DNA of 64,000 nt from Calditrichales bacterium (GTDB lineage: Bacteria; Calditrichota; Calditrichia; Calditrichales; J004). A program made the translations under genes and the position numbers. Shown here piece by piece: positions 51,530-61,856 of this stretch; within the stretch, counting starts at the first letter, position 1; each line of letters begins with the position of its first letter. The notes beneath the pieces are model-generated. The model did no database searches, was not told the origin of the DNA, and was given only the letters and a program-made list of their open reading frames with translations. The stretch lies in contig OZ254086.1 in NCBI GenBank assembly GCA_965267575.1, positions 3,968,001-4,032,000 on the forward strand, written 5' to 3'.

Positions 51530-52570
51530 TTATACATATTCACTCAGCTTTATTTGGGGTGAAATAATGTTGTTCTGCCGTAAGTCGGACAGGCTGCGCT
51601 CAAAGCTTTGCATACCATATTCCGCGCCGGTTTGTATCATCGAGTCGATCTGGTGGGTTTTGCCTTCACGGATCAGGTTTTTTACGGCATCCGTGTTGAC
51701 CAGCACTTCCATAATGGCAACCCGGTCTTTTTCCAATGCTTTGGGTACTAACCTCTGGCTGATCACGGAAACGAGCGTGGCGGCCAGCAATTGCCGTACC
51801 TGCTGCTGCGCTTCCGATGGAAATACGTTAATAATTCTGTCGATTGTTTCCGGGGCGCTGTTTGTATGCAGGGTTGAAAAAACAAGGTGCCCGGTTTCCG
51901 CGGCACGCAACGCGTTGGAGATTGTTTCCGTATCGCGCATTTCGCCTACAAGGATCACATCGGGATCTTCGCGCAGGGCCGAGCGCAGCGCCGCCGCAAA
52001 ATCGCGGGTATGTATGCCCACTTCCCGCTGGTGGATAAGGCAGCTCCGCGGATTGTGCACGTACTCCACCGGATCCTCGATAGTAATGATATGCTCACGC
52101 CGGCTCAGGTTGATCTCATTCAGCATAGCCGCCAGCGTCGTCGATTTACCGCTGCCGGTCGGACCCGTAACAAGGATCAGCCCTTTGCGGTGCTCCACAA
52201 TGCGGCGCAGGATAACCGGCATGCGCATTTCCTGCAAAGTTCGTATGTGCTGGTTGATAACACGGAAAGCGCCGGATATGCCATTCATGTGGCGGTAAAA
52301 ATTTACACGAAAACGCGAGATATCCTCAAGCTGCAGGGCAAAATCCAGCTCGTTGTTGTCCTGAAAATATTTTTTTTGCTCATCACCAAGCATGGTAAGA
52401 AAAAAACGATTGAGTTCGGTTTTGTCCAGTACCGGCGCGTCCACCTGGCGCAATTGCCCCATAATGCGCAGCACCGGTGGTCTGCCGCTGCTGAAATGCA
52501 CATCCGAAGCATTGTTCTTTACAGCCAGTTTCAGAGTTTCCCGAACCAGCTGGTCAATCGCGTGAGCCAT
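51530..52570 (-). CDS. pilT: Type IV pilus retraction ATPase PilT
   Basis: ASDVHF, RFRVNFY, GPTGSGKSTT, TIEDPVEY, ALREDPD, TLHTNSA, AVKNLIRE. Confidence 0.95.
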   Translation of the reverse strand: MAHAIDQLVRETLKLAVKNNASDVHFSSGRPPVLRIMGQLRQVDAPVLDKTELNRFFLTMLGDEQKKYFQDNNELDFALQLEDISRFRVNFYRHMNGISGAFRVINQHIRTLQEMRMPVILRRIVEHRKGLILVTGPTGSGKSTTLAAMLNEINLSRREHIITIEDPVEYVHNPRSCLIHQREVGIHTRDFAAALRSALREDPDVILVGEMRDTETISNALRAAETGHLVFSTLHTNSAPETIDRIINVFPSEAQQQVRQLLAATLVSVISQRLVPKALEKDRVAIMEVLVNTDAVKNLIREGKTHQIDSMIQTGAEYGMQSFERSLSDLRQNNIISPQIKLSEYV

Positions 52571-52574
52571 TTGC

Positions 52575-53861
52575 CTAGCGCTCCTCAGCCGCGTATCCAA
52601 CAATCTTTGGCGTAATAAAAATCAACAAGTCTGATTTTTCGACTTTGGTACTTGTGTTCTGGAACAGGTAGCCCAATACGGGTATGTCGCCCAGCAGCCA
52701 AAGCTTCTCTACCGTCTTATTGCGTGTTTCTTTGATCAGCCCGCCCAGCACAAGCGTTTGATTATCCAGAACGGTTACAACCGTTTCAACCTCGCGCTTG
52801 GAGGTAATCGGCTGCGGTGTATCGCTGCCGCCGGTAAAGCCGATGATCTCCTCCATCATCGGATGAACCTGCAACGTTATCTGACCGTCTTCACCAATCT
52901 GCGGAATGACATCCAGGTTGATATTCACATCTTTTTCGCGAAAGGTGATCAGGTCACCGGCGATACCGCGCGACACTTCCGGGACGGGCACGGTTGTTCC
53001 GATTCGAATGGAGGCTTTGCGGTTATTAAGGGTTGTTACTTTGGGATTACTGACCAGCCGCGATCCGTTGTCACGCGCCAGCATATCCAGCGTGGCGCTT
53101 AGCTGATCGACGGTGAGAACGCCCAGGTTCATATTTTCGCCGGCGTCCGGCAGTTTATACCAGGCGGAAAGAAGCCGCGTATCCCCCTGATCGCTGCCCT
53201 TGGTGATTGGCGCTGTGGTTTCGGCGCCATCCATTGAAACGGAGACGCTTTTGGGCAGATTTAAACCATACTGCTGCTCATCGCTTAACAAAGATTCCAC
53301 CAGGCGCACTTCAATATGGATTTGCTGCTGCGGCACATCCAGCGAGCGGATCACCTGTTCAATGTTTTTGATATTTTCCCAAAGGTCGGTAACAACCAGG
53401 ATATTCGAGCGCAGGTCAGATTCTTCTTTTTCGGATTGTGCCATCAGCGGCGTGATTTTGCCTTTTTCCGACAACATGGGTGAAACGGTTTCCATCAGAT
53501 GGTAGGCATTCAGATAGCTGAGCTGAAAGACTTTACTCTGCAGTTCTCCGTTAACGTCATCGCCAAACGCCTTTACAAGCAGTACATCATTTTCTATAAC
53601 ATAATGGTAACCTTTAGACTTGAGGATGGAGTTTATGGCATCGGCCAGCGTAACGTCCGATAGCTGAACACTTACCCGGCCGGTTACACCATCGCCCACA
53701 ACCATATTGATGGCATATTGGCGGGAAAAGAGGCGCAGCACTTCTGTAATGGAAGCGCCGTCAAACTGCGGAGACACCTTTTGGCTGAGCTTCTGCTGCA
53801 GGTCCATCGCGTGGACGCTGCTGAACAGCAGGGTTACTATCAAGATGATACGAATTTTCAT
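52575..53861 (-). CDS. pilQ: Secretin (PilQ/GspD family, short form without AMIN domains)
   Basis: Signal peptide, N0 and N3 domains, LDVPQQQIHIEVRLVE, SNPKVTTLNN, LVLGGLI, LGDIPVLGYLF, LLIFITPKI. Confidence 0.9.
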   Translation of the reverse strand: MKIRIILIVTLLFSSVHAMDLQQKLSQKVSPQFDGASITEVLRLFSRQYAINMVVGDGVTGRVSVQLSDVTLADAINSILKSKGYHYVIENDVLLVKAFGDDVNGELQSKVFQLSYLNAYHLMETVSPMLSEKGKITPLMAQSEKEESDLRSNILVVTDLWENIKNIEQVIRSLDVPQQQIHIEVRLVESLLSDEQQYGLNLPKSVSVSMDGAETTAPITKGSDQGDTRLLSAWYKLPDAGENMNLGVLTVDQLSATLDMLARDNGSRLVSNPKVTTLNNRKASIRIGTTVPVPEVSRGIAGDLITFREKDVNINLDVIPQIGEDGQITLQVHPMMEEIIGFTGGSDTPQPITSKREVETVVTVLDNQTLVLGGLIKETRNKTVEKLWLLGDIPVLGYLFQNTSTKVEKSDLLIFITPKIVGYAAEER

Positions 53862-53883
53862 GCCCGGTTCTCCCGATTCCGTT

Positions 53884-54333
53884 TTATAATTTTAATGTCA
53901 GGTTTTCGTCACCTTTGCTCAGCAATACGCGGCTCTGCTCTATCTTCACGATCTTGTAGCCTGCGATTTCATCGCCAACGGAAAGGACCTGATCGTTTAT
54001 CATCGCCATGGACGCCTGCCCGGCATAACTGATCGCCTTTAGCGTCAGACTGACCCGTGGCGCTTTCTTTACAACACGGCGGGGCGCCGGTTTATGGCTT
54101 GGATCGTCAAAGGGATCGCGGCCCCAGCTTTTGGCTGACGCCGGCGTAACGCGGGCTGAGGCAACTCGCGCCACAGCGGTTTTCGGTTTAACACTTTTTT
54201 CGACGGCCGCCTTGGAATCGCCGCCGTAAAAACTGCTGTAATCATCGGAATTGATGACAAAATCACCGATGGCAAAAACGACCACAACGGCCAGAACGAT
54301 CAGTAATACTTTTTGGCGCTTTTCAATCTGCAT
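53884..54333 (-). CDS. PilP/GspB-like pilus accessory protein
   Basis: N-terminal TM, WGRDPF motif, LTLKAISY..AMINDQVLSVGDEI..YKIVKI beta domain; lies between pilO and the secretin. Confidence 0.7.
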   Translation of the reverse strand: MQIEKRQKVLLIVLAVVVVFAIGDFVINSDDYSSFYGGDSKAAVEKSVKPKTAVARVASARVTPASAKSWGRDPFDDPSHKPAPRRVVKKAPRVSLTLKAISYAGQASMAMINDQVLSVGDEIAGYKIVKIEQSRVLLSKGDENLTLKL

Positions 54334-54896
54334 CAGCGGTCCCCTTTCGCCCAGGCATAGAGCCGGCCGCTTATGTCCGCTTCCAGATCGCGGCCTCGGC
54401 GGTCGCTTTTTCCCACATACGCTTCCTCGGCAACGATATAGAAATCCTGCTGTGACCAGCTTTCAATAAAGCGGCCAATGTTGAGATAGTGCCCCTTTAC
54501 GGTAATGGAAAACGGCAGGGCCTTAACCTCGGATTGCGATGTATCCGCGAAAAAGGCTGAAAAAGCAGGAGTAAAATCAACAAGCTGAAGATTATGTTTT
54601 CGTGAGAGATCGCGCATCTTTTCGGTGACGATACTTAGATCGCCCTTGTCAATAAAACGGCCTTCCAGCGCGAAGAGTGAGGCGCTTTCCCTCTCCAGGC
54701 GTTGACGGATATTATCGAGATCCTGCTGGGCGCGGCTCGCTTTATCGTAGCGTTCGATGGTTTTTTCCAGATCCTGCTGTAACGCCAGGTATTGCTTCTG
54801 CTGCGGGTTATAGACAAATGTCCAGAAACCGCCGCAACAGGCCACCATGGTAATCAGAATAACCGCGAATATTTTTTTGGACGTAAACATAAGCAC
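54333..54896 (-). CDS. pilO: PilO-like alignment subcomplex protein
   Basis: TM, coiled coil, then LPFSITVKGHYLNIGRFI. Confidence 0.8.
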   Translation of the reverse strand: MLMFTSKKIFAVILITMVACCGGFWTFVYNPQQKQYLALQQDLEKTIERYDKASRAQQDLDNIRQRLERESASLFALEGRFIDKGDLSIVTEKMRDLSRKHNLQLVDFTPAFSAFFADTSQSEVKALPFSITVKGHYLNIGRFIESWSQQDFYIVAEEAYVGKSDRRGRDLEADISGRLYAWAKGDR

Positions 54897-56867
54897 CTAC
54901 AGGTATGCCTTTAATTCAAATTCCAGTCGCTGCCGCACATTTCTTTTGTTTTTTTCGTCTATCTCAATATTCTTGAAATAATTGAGATCTTTTAGGTGAT
55001 CGATAAAGTTGATCAGGATAACATCACTATTCAGGTAATCGCCGTTTACGGTACCGGAAAGTGTAATGACGTAATCATAATCCGAATTCTGGTTGGCTGC
55101 CGGGCGTCTTCCCATGCGTCTGCCACGGGTTTGCGTTGCCTGGTGACGGGAAAAAGTGATCTCATTCAGGATGATATCTTCCATGGTCTCGTTGGAAAGC
55201 AAGCGCATCACATCCAGCAAGGGTGTCTCTTCAGCGACGCTGTTTACCAGCGCTGCTTTGCGAGATTGAATAGCGGTAATCTCGCTATTGAGACGCTGGT
55301 ACTCCACACGGGCCGGATTAATTTTGTTGTATTGGCGGGTGATCTGATCAAAGCGGGCCTGGATGCCCTCTATCTGGCTGTTTGTAAAAAAGCTTAGATA
55401 GCCCATTGTGGCCATAACCAATACAAAAACAATGGCAGCAACAGCGTTTAAACGCTTAAAGCGCGCCTGCGCCTGCACCTCGCCCGGCACCATATTAAAG
55501 GGATGTTCGGTGTTGATAAGGGCACCTAAAGCCGCCGAAAATTCACCATGACGACTGCGATTCTCTTCCGCCTCCTGAAACTTTGGGGCCAGAATAAACA
55601 CCGGCATACCGAAATTTTTCTTGAGAAACGAGATCAGGCTCTCTTTTTGCACGCCATAGCCGGTTACAAAAACCCGCGAGATGTTACGGCCTTTTTTAAG
55701 GCTGTTAAAATAATCTATGCTGTTTTGAAGCTCTGACCGGAACAGTTGCAACGCCGGGCTTTGATTATGTTGCAGGGCTTTTAGCCGCGCCCGCAGCACT
55801 TCCCTGATCCTTTCTGGTTTCAATGCGCCATCCCGACCAATACCGTCAGAATCCGAATGATCCAGCATATCCGGCCCAAGCAGATTGCCTTTATTATCAT
55901 GGATGGCCAACTCCAGGTTGGCGGCGCCGCTGGCAATATTGCGCGTATATTCCAGTTCGCCATTATTCAGGTAACTTACGTGGGTCAGCTCATAAGAAAT
56001 ATCAACAAGGATTTCTTCCTCGCTTTTATTTACAAAATGCCGGAAAACATTGCTAAGGGCCACCTGGCGCGGAACCAGGCATTGCGGCGTAAGACCGGAG
56101 GACTCAAATAAGTCCATATGCTCCACGACAACATCCTCCGGAACCACGACGGTAAGCACGCGCGATTTGCGGATATTATCCTCGCTGAATTCCTCAAGCA
56201 CCTTATAGCGCCAGATGCTTTTTTCGTTAAAACCGGGTAATTCTCCCTGAAGCTTGTAAAAAAGGGCGTTTTTAAATTCGCCCTGTTTGCGCATTTTAGG
56301 AAGTACGAATTGGCGTACCGTGATGTCCGGGCTAAAAAAGCAGACATAGACTTGCTGGCCTTTTTTATACTTTGTGGCCTTAATATTGTCGATTGCTATT
56401 TTGAGAGCTTTGTAGCGTTCACCTTCTTCAGCCGGGGTCATCTTAACACCCCAATCCGTTACCTGCACCTGACTGCCGTTGCTCTTTCCGGTAAGGTAAC
56501 GCACCTTATCACTGTCTATGTCAATACACAAAAAGGAGTGCGTGTTCAGTTGTTGCAAGAAGGAAAAAGGCTGATAAAACTCGGCCATGCCGTGCATATA
56601 CTTGAGCGACGAAAACTCTTCCGTTGCTCCCGGCATTGCCACTTTGCCCGCGCGTTTTTGCGCTGCCGGTTTTTCACGTTTATCCGCCCCGGTTGTACTG
56701 CGTTTTTCTGCTTTGAGGCGGACTTTTTTCCCGGCCTTGCGGCTAGCAGGTTTGGTTACCGTCCTTTTTCCTTTCAGAGCATCCACTTTAGCAGGCTTGC
56801 TGTTTTTCTCTTCTAACTGTATTGATTCGCTTTTTGGCATGTCTGTATCTGTTTTTTCCGTCGTCAA
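54897..56867 (-). CDS. Fused PilM-PilN protein
   Basis: Actin-like PilM motifs (CIDIDSDKV, LVDISYELT, RVFVTGYG), then FNMVP, TM, coiled coil and a PilN-like domain (ITLSG..FIDHLKDLNYF..LEFEL). Confidence 0.8.
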   Translation of the reverse strand: MTTEKTDTDMPKSESIQLEEKNSKPAKVDALKGKRTVTKPASRKAGKKVRLKAEKRSTTGADKREKPAAQKRAGKVAMPGATEEFSSLKYMHGMAEFYQPFSFLQQLNTHSFLCIDIDSDKVRYLTGKSNGSQVQVTDWGVKMTPAEEGERYKALKIAIDNIKATKYKKGQQVYVCFFSPDITVRQFVLPKMRKQGEFKNALFYKLQGELPGFNEKSIWRYKVLEEFSEDNIRKSRVLTVVVPEDVVVEHMDLFESSGLTPQCLVPRQVALSNVFRHFVNKSEEEILVDISYELTHVSYLNNGELEYTRNIASGAANLELAIHDNKGNLLGPDMLDHSDSDGIGRDGALKPERIREVLRARLKALQHNQSPALQLFRSELQNSIDYFNSLKKGRNISRVFVTGYGVQKESLISFLKKNFGMPVFILAPKFQEAEENRSRHGEFSAALGALINTEHPFNMVPGEVQAQARFKRLNAVAAIVFVLVMATMGYLSFFTNSQIEGIQARFDQITRQYNKINPARVEYQRLNSEITAIQSRKAALVNSVAEETPLLDVMRLLSNETMEDIILNEITFSRHQATQTRGRRMGRRPAANQNSDYDYVITLSGTVNGDYLNSDVILINFIDHLKDLNYFKNIEIDEKNKRNVRQRLEFELKAYL

Positions 56868-58540
56868 TTAATCGCTTTCCATTGTGAGCTAAGTATGACG
56901 CGTGATCCGCCATTTATCGAAAATTGCATAAAGTCCCGAACGAGATCTTTGTCATGAATAACATTCAGTTGGTTAACATGCTCTTTATCATCCTCATGCT
57001 CCACAGCACTTCCTTCAATATTACCGTGAGAAATGATTCCACCCTTAAACGTCAACTCGCGAATCTCAGCATCATCAGGAATAGGCGTATCACTTATCTC
57101 ATCAACACTATGGCCCAAATTCACCAGCAAGATAAGGTCTTGAAGATCATAGTCCTCAGCATCGGTGTCACGGGTTGAAAGTTCAAAAAGTATCAAAACC
57201 TGGTTATCCGTAAGTACCACTTTTTGATTGCTAAAATTGACATAGGGCTCAATAAAATCTATAGCTGACGCCTGGTCTTTAAAGGCCGGGAGGTCGGGAA
57301 GATAGTCGCCGTTACGAAGCAGCCATACAATATCGAAATCTTTCTTTTTGGACGAATGCGCCATCTGGTGCATTTTGTATTTGCCGCCCTTGCCGTTATT
57401 CTTAAACCATGACCGCGCTTTGAAGTCCATCTTATCCCCGGCATTGTAGGTCTGGTCAAAATAGAAAGTCATGCTATTGCCGGGAATATTAAGATTGCCT
57501 TCTTCAAGATCGGCGTCTTTGTTTTTGTCACTGGCGGACGGATTCGGACCAAAAGGCCTCAGCTTGTCTTTTCCAACTTTAAAGTCGAATGTCACGGGGG
57601 CATTATAAAGCTCGCCGTTATGAACATCCTGCAAGGCAGCGCCAAGCACGGAAAGGCTCGCCGCGAATTCATCTTCTGGAATGATCTCGCCATCATCAAT
57701 GTCAAAATCGACAGGCTCTTTGTCCTCTTCGTCTTCCTCTTCTTCGCCTTCAACCTTCTCTTCAACATATATCTTTTTGTCGTAATTGGGCTGATATATG
57801 GTCATGCTTACGTCCGAAGAGTTTTTCCATGCCGGCTTAAAAATAATATTGCCCATGGCGACAAAGTGGACACCATTCTCCCATGAACCGTTTACAAAGG
57901 AAAGGTCTCCTTCCACAAAAACAATAGTGCCGTCCGGTGGGTTAAAGTCATTTGTAACAGACAGATTACCGTCGTAGTAGTATGAGTTGTCGTCCTCATG
58001 CGTAGACTTGGCAATGGCACGCAGCTCATTTAAATCGAAATATGGCACGGCGCCGGCGTTTTGAAATATTAATGCGCCGTTTGCTTCTGCTTCAGGATCC
58101 GATTTTGCCACGGTATTAAAAACAGACTTTCCCGAATAAACGGCATAATTAGGAACGTAAGATGAATCCGTACTAAAGATTGTCGTATGAAGTGTTTGGC
58201 TGATACCGCCGGTTTTGCCTGTTGCCGTAAACTTGACCTGGTTACTCCCGACTTTTGTCATCGCCACATCGGCGGTAACGCCATCACCGAGATCCAGATC
58301 ATCAATTTCAAATTCATCCGGGTCCTCTTTTGGGTCGGCAACATATTTTTTAATCCCGTACTCCAAGCCCGATTGCGCGGCGTAGAAGGCGCGCTGTTCG
58401 TCGGCCTCAAACATCTGGCCGCGTCTGTCAGATGAGACAATAGACGCAACGATTACACCCAATACGGATAGCATCAGGACCACACTAACTATCGTTGTTG
58501 TCACATGCCCATGCTGAGACTTAAAGTTAGTTCCTCGCAT
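56864..58540 (-). CDS. PilX-like minor pilin with large C-terminal region
   Basis: KSQHG/HVTTTIVSVVLML prepilin-like N-terminus without Glu5; RAFYAAQSGLEYG is the PilX signature. Confidence 0.75.
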   Translation of the reverse strand: MRGTNFKSQHGHVTTTIVSVVLMLSVLGVIVASIVSSDRRGQMFEADEQRAFYAAQSGLEYGIKKYVADPKEDPDEFEIDDLDLGDGVTADVAMTKVGSNQVKFTATGKTGGISQTLHTTIFSTDSSYVPNYAVYSGKSVFNTVAKSDPEAEANGALIFQNAGAVPYFDLNELRAIAKSTHEDDNSYYYDGNLSVTNDFNPPDGTIVFVEGDLSFVNGSWENGVHFVAMGNIIFKPAWKNSSDVSMTIYQPNYDKKIYVEEKVEGEEEEDEEDKEPVDFDIDDGEIIPEDEFAASLSVLGAALQDVHNGELYNAPVTFDFKVGKDKLRPFGPNPSASDKNKDADLEEGNLNIPGNSMTFYFDQTYNAGDKMDFKARSWFKNNGKGGKYKMHQMAHSSKKKDFDIVWLLRNGDYLPDLPAFKDQASAIDFIEPYVNFSNQKVVLTDNQVLILFELSTRDTDAEDYDLQDLILLVNLGHSVDEISDTPIPDDAEIRELTFKGGIISHGNIEGSAVEHEDDKEHVNQLNVIHDKDLVRDFMQFSINGGSRVILSSQWKAIN

Positions 58541-59012
58541 AGATCGTTTCCTCCATGACAATGGTTTCGTCATTTCTGTTGATATTTAGTCTGACCCCAA
58601 TAAAAACCACTGAATCCTGCACGGCGGTTTCGTTGCCGTCACTGTTTAAATAACTGAATGGCGCTTCCTGAATGCCGGGAAGAATCTCGTTTTCGTTGCG
58701 GTAAAAAGCGCCGTCCGTGGCCACATAGCGGACATCCTGACCATTGTTATTCGTAAACAACAAATCGGAAGGTTGCATGGTTTTCAAATTCGCCGTCGAC
58801 ATATTCTGAATGTCCTGGCGCAACATGCGAATGGCCTTTCGTGTGTCCACAGTTACCGCTGTCTGATGAAACATCTGGTTAAATGCATTTGACTGGTTAA
58901 AGACAATCGTAAGCGTTATAGTACCTACAATAGCGGTAAGAACCAGCCCTACAACCAGTTCCATAAGAGTAAACCCGCTTTCGTTATTTTTCCGTGCTGA
59001 TAGCTTTTTCAT
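58527..59012 (-). CDS. PilW/GspJ-like minor pilin
   Basis: ESG/FTLMELVVGLVL class III signal; IRMLRQDIQN. Confidence 0.85.
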   Translation of the reverse strand: MKKLSARKNNESGFTLMELVVGLVLTAIVGTITLTIVFNQSNAFNQMFHQTAVTVDTRKAIRMLRQDIQNMSTANLKTMQPSDLLFTNNNGQDVRYVATDGAFYRNENEILPGIQEAPFSYLNSDGNETAVQDSVVFIGVRLNINRNDETIVMEETIYARN

Positions 59013-59014
59013 GA

Positions 59015-59422
59015 TCAGTAAGTAAACTTTGTCAGATAAAAAGTTATCTGAAATGGCCGTGGCATATTTGAATTTGATACGACGACGGTCACTTCATACG
59101 CTTCCTGATTGTCTTCTCCCCACTCCGCGATATAGGTGATTTGGGTTTGGCGGGAAAATCCGTTTTCCTGTTCTTCCGTTCCTTCGAAGCGCTCTTCCAC
59201 CGTTTGATACCAGTCCCAGTTCGCGTCCCTGAAGGCCTGGATCTCCTCCAGCCGGCTATCGGCAAGGTAAACGCTTTGTGTCATCAGCCGGTTGGTCACG
59301 GTTCTCACGGAGAGATTACCCATGAGTACGAAAAGGGAAGGCAAGGCGATGCCAACAATTATTACGACCACTACGGCCTCAAGAAGTGTGACGCCTTTTT
59401 CTTCCCTCAGTCGACTCAACAT
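59015..59422 (-). CDS. PilV/GspI-like minor pilin
   Basis: EKG/VTLLEAVVVVII; LADSRLEEI. Confidence 0.82.
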   Translation of the reverse strand: MLSRLREEKGVTLLEAVVVVIIVGIALPSLFVLMGNLSVRTVTNRLMTQSVYLADSRLEEIQAFRDANWDWYQTVEERFEGTEEQENGFSRQTQITYIAEWGEDNQEAYEVTVVVSNSNMPRPFQITFYLTKFTY

Positions 59423-59434
59423 AAATTTTTACCT

Positions 59435-59770
59435 CTAATAGCTCACCGACAGGAAGCCATCGTCATCTACAGTAACGGTAAAGCTGCCTTCCGGCGCCTG
59501 ACCATTGGCAAAAAATGTAGACGCATCATCGTTGTAATCGGAAACCACGGACGCCAGTGTCGTCGCATTATCATTCATCAGGCGATTGGAGTATTCCATC
59601 AGGATGGCGGCTTCAATCGCTTTGGCGTTGGCTTCGTTACGTGCGGCAGTGGCATTGTCGGTCAAATCGAAATAACGCGGTACGGCGATGGCCGCCAGGA
59701 TGCCGATGATTACGACAACAACTACCAGTTCCATTAAAGTGAAACCACTTTGGTTAGATGATAAACGCAT
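59435..59770 (-). CDS. Probable major type IV pilin
   Basis: QSG/FTLMELVVVVVIIGILAAIAVPRY; AGGAG SD; 102 aa mature protein. Confidence 0.88.
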   Translation of the reverse strand: MRLSSNQSGFTLMELVVVVVIIGILAAIAVPRYFDLTDNATAARNEANAKAIEAAILMEYSNRLMNDNATTLASVVSDYNDDASTFFANGQAPEGSFTVTVDDDGFLSVSY

Positions 59771-59841
59771 TGTTTTATCTCCTATGTTTGTGAATTGTAC
59801 GGTTTTGGTAACCTTTTCTAACCCTATTTTCGACGCTTATC

Positions 59842-61041
59842 CTAGAAAGCACTCATCATGTCCCACATTGGCAAGAAAATGGCCAGTGCCAGAAAAAGCA
59901 TCATCGTGCCCAGAACGACTGTAACGACCGGTTCGATCATGGATGTAAGGTTTTCAACAGTATCCGAAACCTCGCGGTAATAGAATTCTGACACGTTGCC
60001 CAGCATCTCATCAAGGGAGCCGGACTTCTCACCGATGGACACCATGATGACAAGCAACTTGTCAAAATAAGGGCTTTGTTTGATTGACTCTGCCAGCGAA
60101 TCGCCTTTTATAACTTTATCCCTGACCGTTTTTACCTCTTTACGGTATACCGTGTTGTCTAGCGTCTCTTCAATAATTTCGAAGCTCTTTACGATCGATA
60201 TACCGGTTCTATTCATCGTGTGAAGCAGCTTTGCGAAACGGGAGATATTAAGCTTGCGTACAAGAACGCCCATCACCGGGACCTGCAGTTGCAGCAGATC
60301 AGCCTGGTAGCGCCCGGCCGGTGTTTTGATGTAACTCCACAGGCCGGCGCTGGCGGCGCCGAGAAAAACAAGCAGCAAAATCCCCCAATTTGTGATCAGG
60401 TAGTAAAAGCCCATCAGGATCTTGGTGGGCAAAGGCAGTTCCTGGCCGCTCATCTCAAAAATGGGTATGAAGTTGGGGATTACAAAGGTGGTGAATACAA
60501 CAAACGCAGCCAGCAAACCCGAGCCAACTATAAGCGGGTAGCGCAGTGCTTTCTTAACTTCTTTTTTAATGCGCGCGTCTTCTTCCATAAATCCGGAAAG
60601 CTGTTCGAGCGTGTCTTCCAGCGTGCCGCTTATTTCACCCACACGGATCGAATTGACGTAGAGTTCCGGAAACACCTTCGGAAATTCACTCAAGGCATCG
60701 GAAAGCTTACTGCCGCCCTCTATATCGCGGGATATGCCTGCAAGTACCGTTGCAAAATTCTGGTCGTCTGTCTGCTCTTTTATCACATTAAGACAGGTGA
60801 CAATCGGGATACCGGCTTTAAGCAGCGTGCGCAACTGCTTGGTAAATAGCAGCACCTGGCGCAGCTCCACTTTTCCCGCCGCCTTGCGCTTTTTGCTTTT
60901 TTCCTCATAACGCTCGATAGCTATGGGCGTCATATTCAGCTTTTCCAGCTGTTTAATAACCACCTTCTGGTCTGCGGCAAGGATGACGCTTTCTACGGTC
61001 TTTCCTTCCTGGTTAAGCGCCCTGTATTTAAAATTAGGCAT
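59842..61041 (-). CDS. pilC: PilC/GspF platform protein
   Basis: FTKQLRTLLKAGIP, GEISGTL, ALRYP, LPLPT, GEKSGSL, IEP. Confidence 0.93.
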   Translation of the reverse strand: MPNFKYRALNQEGKTVESVILAADQKVVIKQLEKLNMTPIAIERYEEKSKKRKAAGKVELRQVLLFTKQLRTLLKAGIPIVTCLNVIKEQTDDQNFATVLAGISRDIEGGSKLSDALSEFPKVFPELYVNSIRVGEISGTLEDTLEQLSGFMEEDARIKKEVKKALRYPLIVGSGLLAAFVVFTTFVIPNFIPIFEMSGQELPLPTKILMGFYYLITNWGILLLVFLGAASAGLWSYIKTPAGRYQADLLQLQVPVMGVLVRKLNISRFAKLLHTMNRTGISIVKSFEIIEETLDNTVYRKEVKTVRDKVIKGDSLAESIKQSPYFDKLLVIMVSIGEKSGSLDEMLGNVSEFYYREVSDTVENLTSMIEPVVTVVLGTMMLFLALAIFLPMWDMMSAF

Positions 61042-61053
61042 TGTTGCGTTCCT

Positions 61054-61818
61054 TTAGTTTATAACCCAGTGCCAATACCACTGCCATATTTGCTGACCCC
61101 AGTACACAAAAGCGATAAATGAAATTGTCAGAAAAGGGCCTAATGGCAGGTAGGCATCCTGCCGCTGTCGCTTATAAAGCTTTCCCAAAATGATAGCTAC
61201 GAAGGCCAGCACGAATCCGAGATAGAGGGCCACCAGGATAGTTTTCCAGCCCAGGAAAAAACCCGCCGCCGCGGCCAGCTTCACATCGCCCATGCCCAGC
61301 GCTTCCCTGCCGAAAAGCCTCTCCGCTCCCAGCGCCAAGAGAAACATGCTGCCACCACCGGCAAGCAGCCCAATGCCTGCCTCACCCCAGGATATAAACC
61401 CGGCGGTAAAATTCAACGCAATGCCGCCTGCGAGCAGGGTTATAACCAGGCTATTGGGAATCAACCGGGTGCGAAAATCGATAAAGGCGACGGCCAGTAA
61501 TACCCAGGCAAAAAAAGCATAAACCAGGGCGGTGGACGTCCACCCGAAATGGTAAACGGAAAGCAGGGCCGTTAATCCGCCCAAAAACTCAACAACCGGG
61601 TAAGTCCATGATATGGCAGTATGACAATCCCGGCATTTGCCACGTAAGAGCAGCCAGCCGAGGAGAGGCACGTTAAACCAGGGCCTGATACGATGCCCGC
61701 AATGGGGACAGGATGAAGGGGGGTAGATAATGGAAAGCTTGCGCGGCACACGGTAAATGACAACGTTCAGAAAACTGCCGACAAATGTTCCCGCAAAAAA
61801 AGCTATCAAATATTCCAT
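61054..61818 (-). CDS. pilD: Prepilin peptidase/N-methyltransferase
   Basis: GSFLNVVIYRVP, SCPHC, GKCRDC, FID, GMGDVKL, PLGPFL. Confidence 0.95.
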   Translation of the reverse strand: MEYLIAFFAGTFVGSFLNVVIYRVPRKLSIIYPPSSCPHCGHRIRPWFNVPLLGWLLLRGKCRDCHTAISWTYPVVEFLGGLTALLSVYHFGWTSTALVYAFFAWVLLAVAFIDFRTRLIPNSLVITLLAGGIALNFTAGFISWGEAGIGLLAGGGSMFLLALGAERLFGREALGMGDVKLAAAAGFFLGWKTILVALYLGFVLAFVAIILGKLYKRQRQDAYLPLGPFLTISFIAFVYWGQQIWQWYWHWVIN

Positions 61819-61856
61819 ATCTCCACTCTTTTTCTTATAACATTGTCATTTAATTG

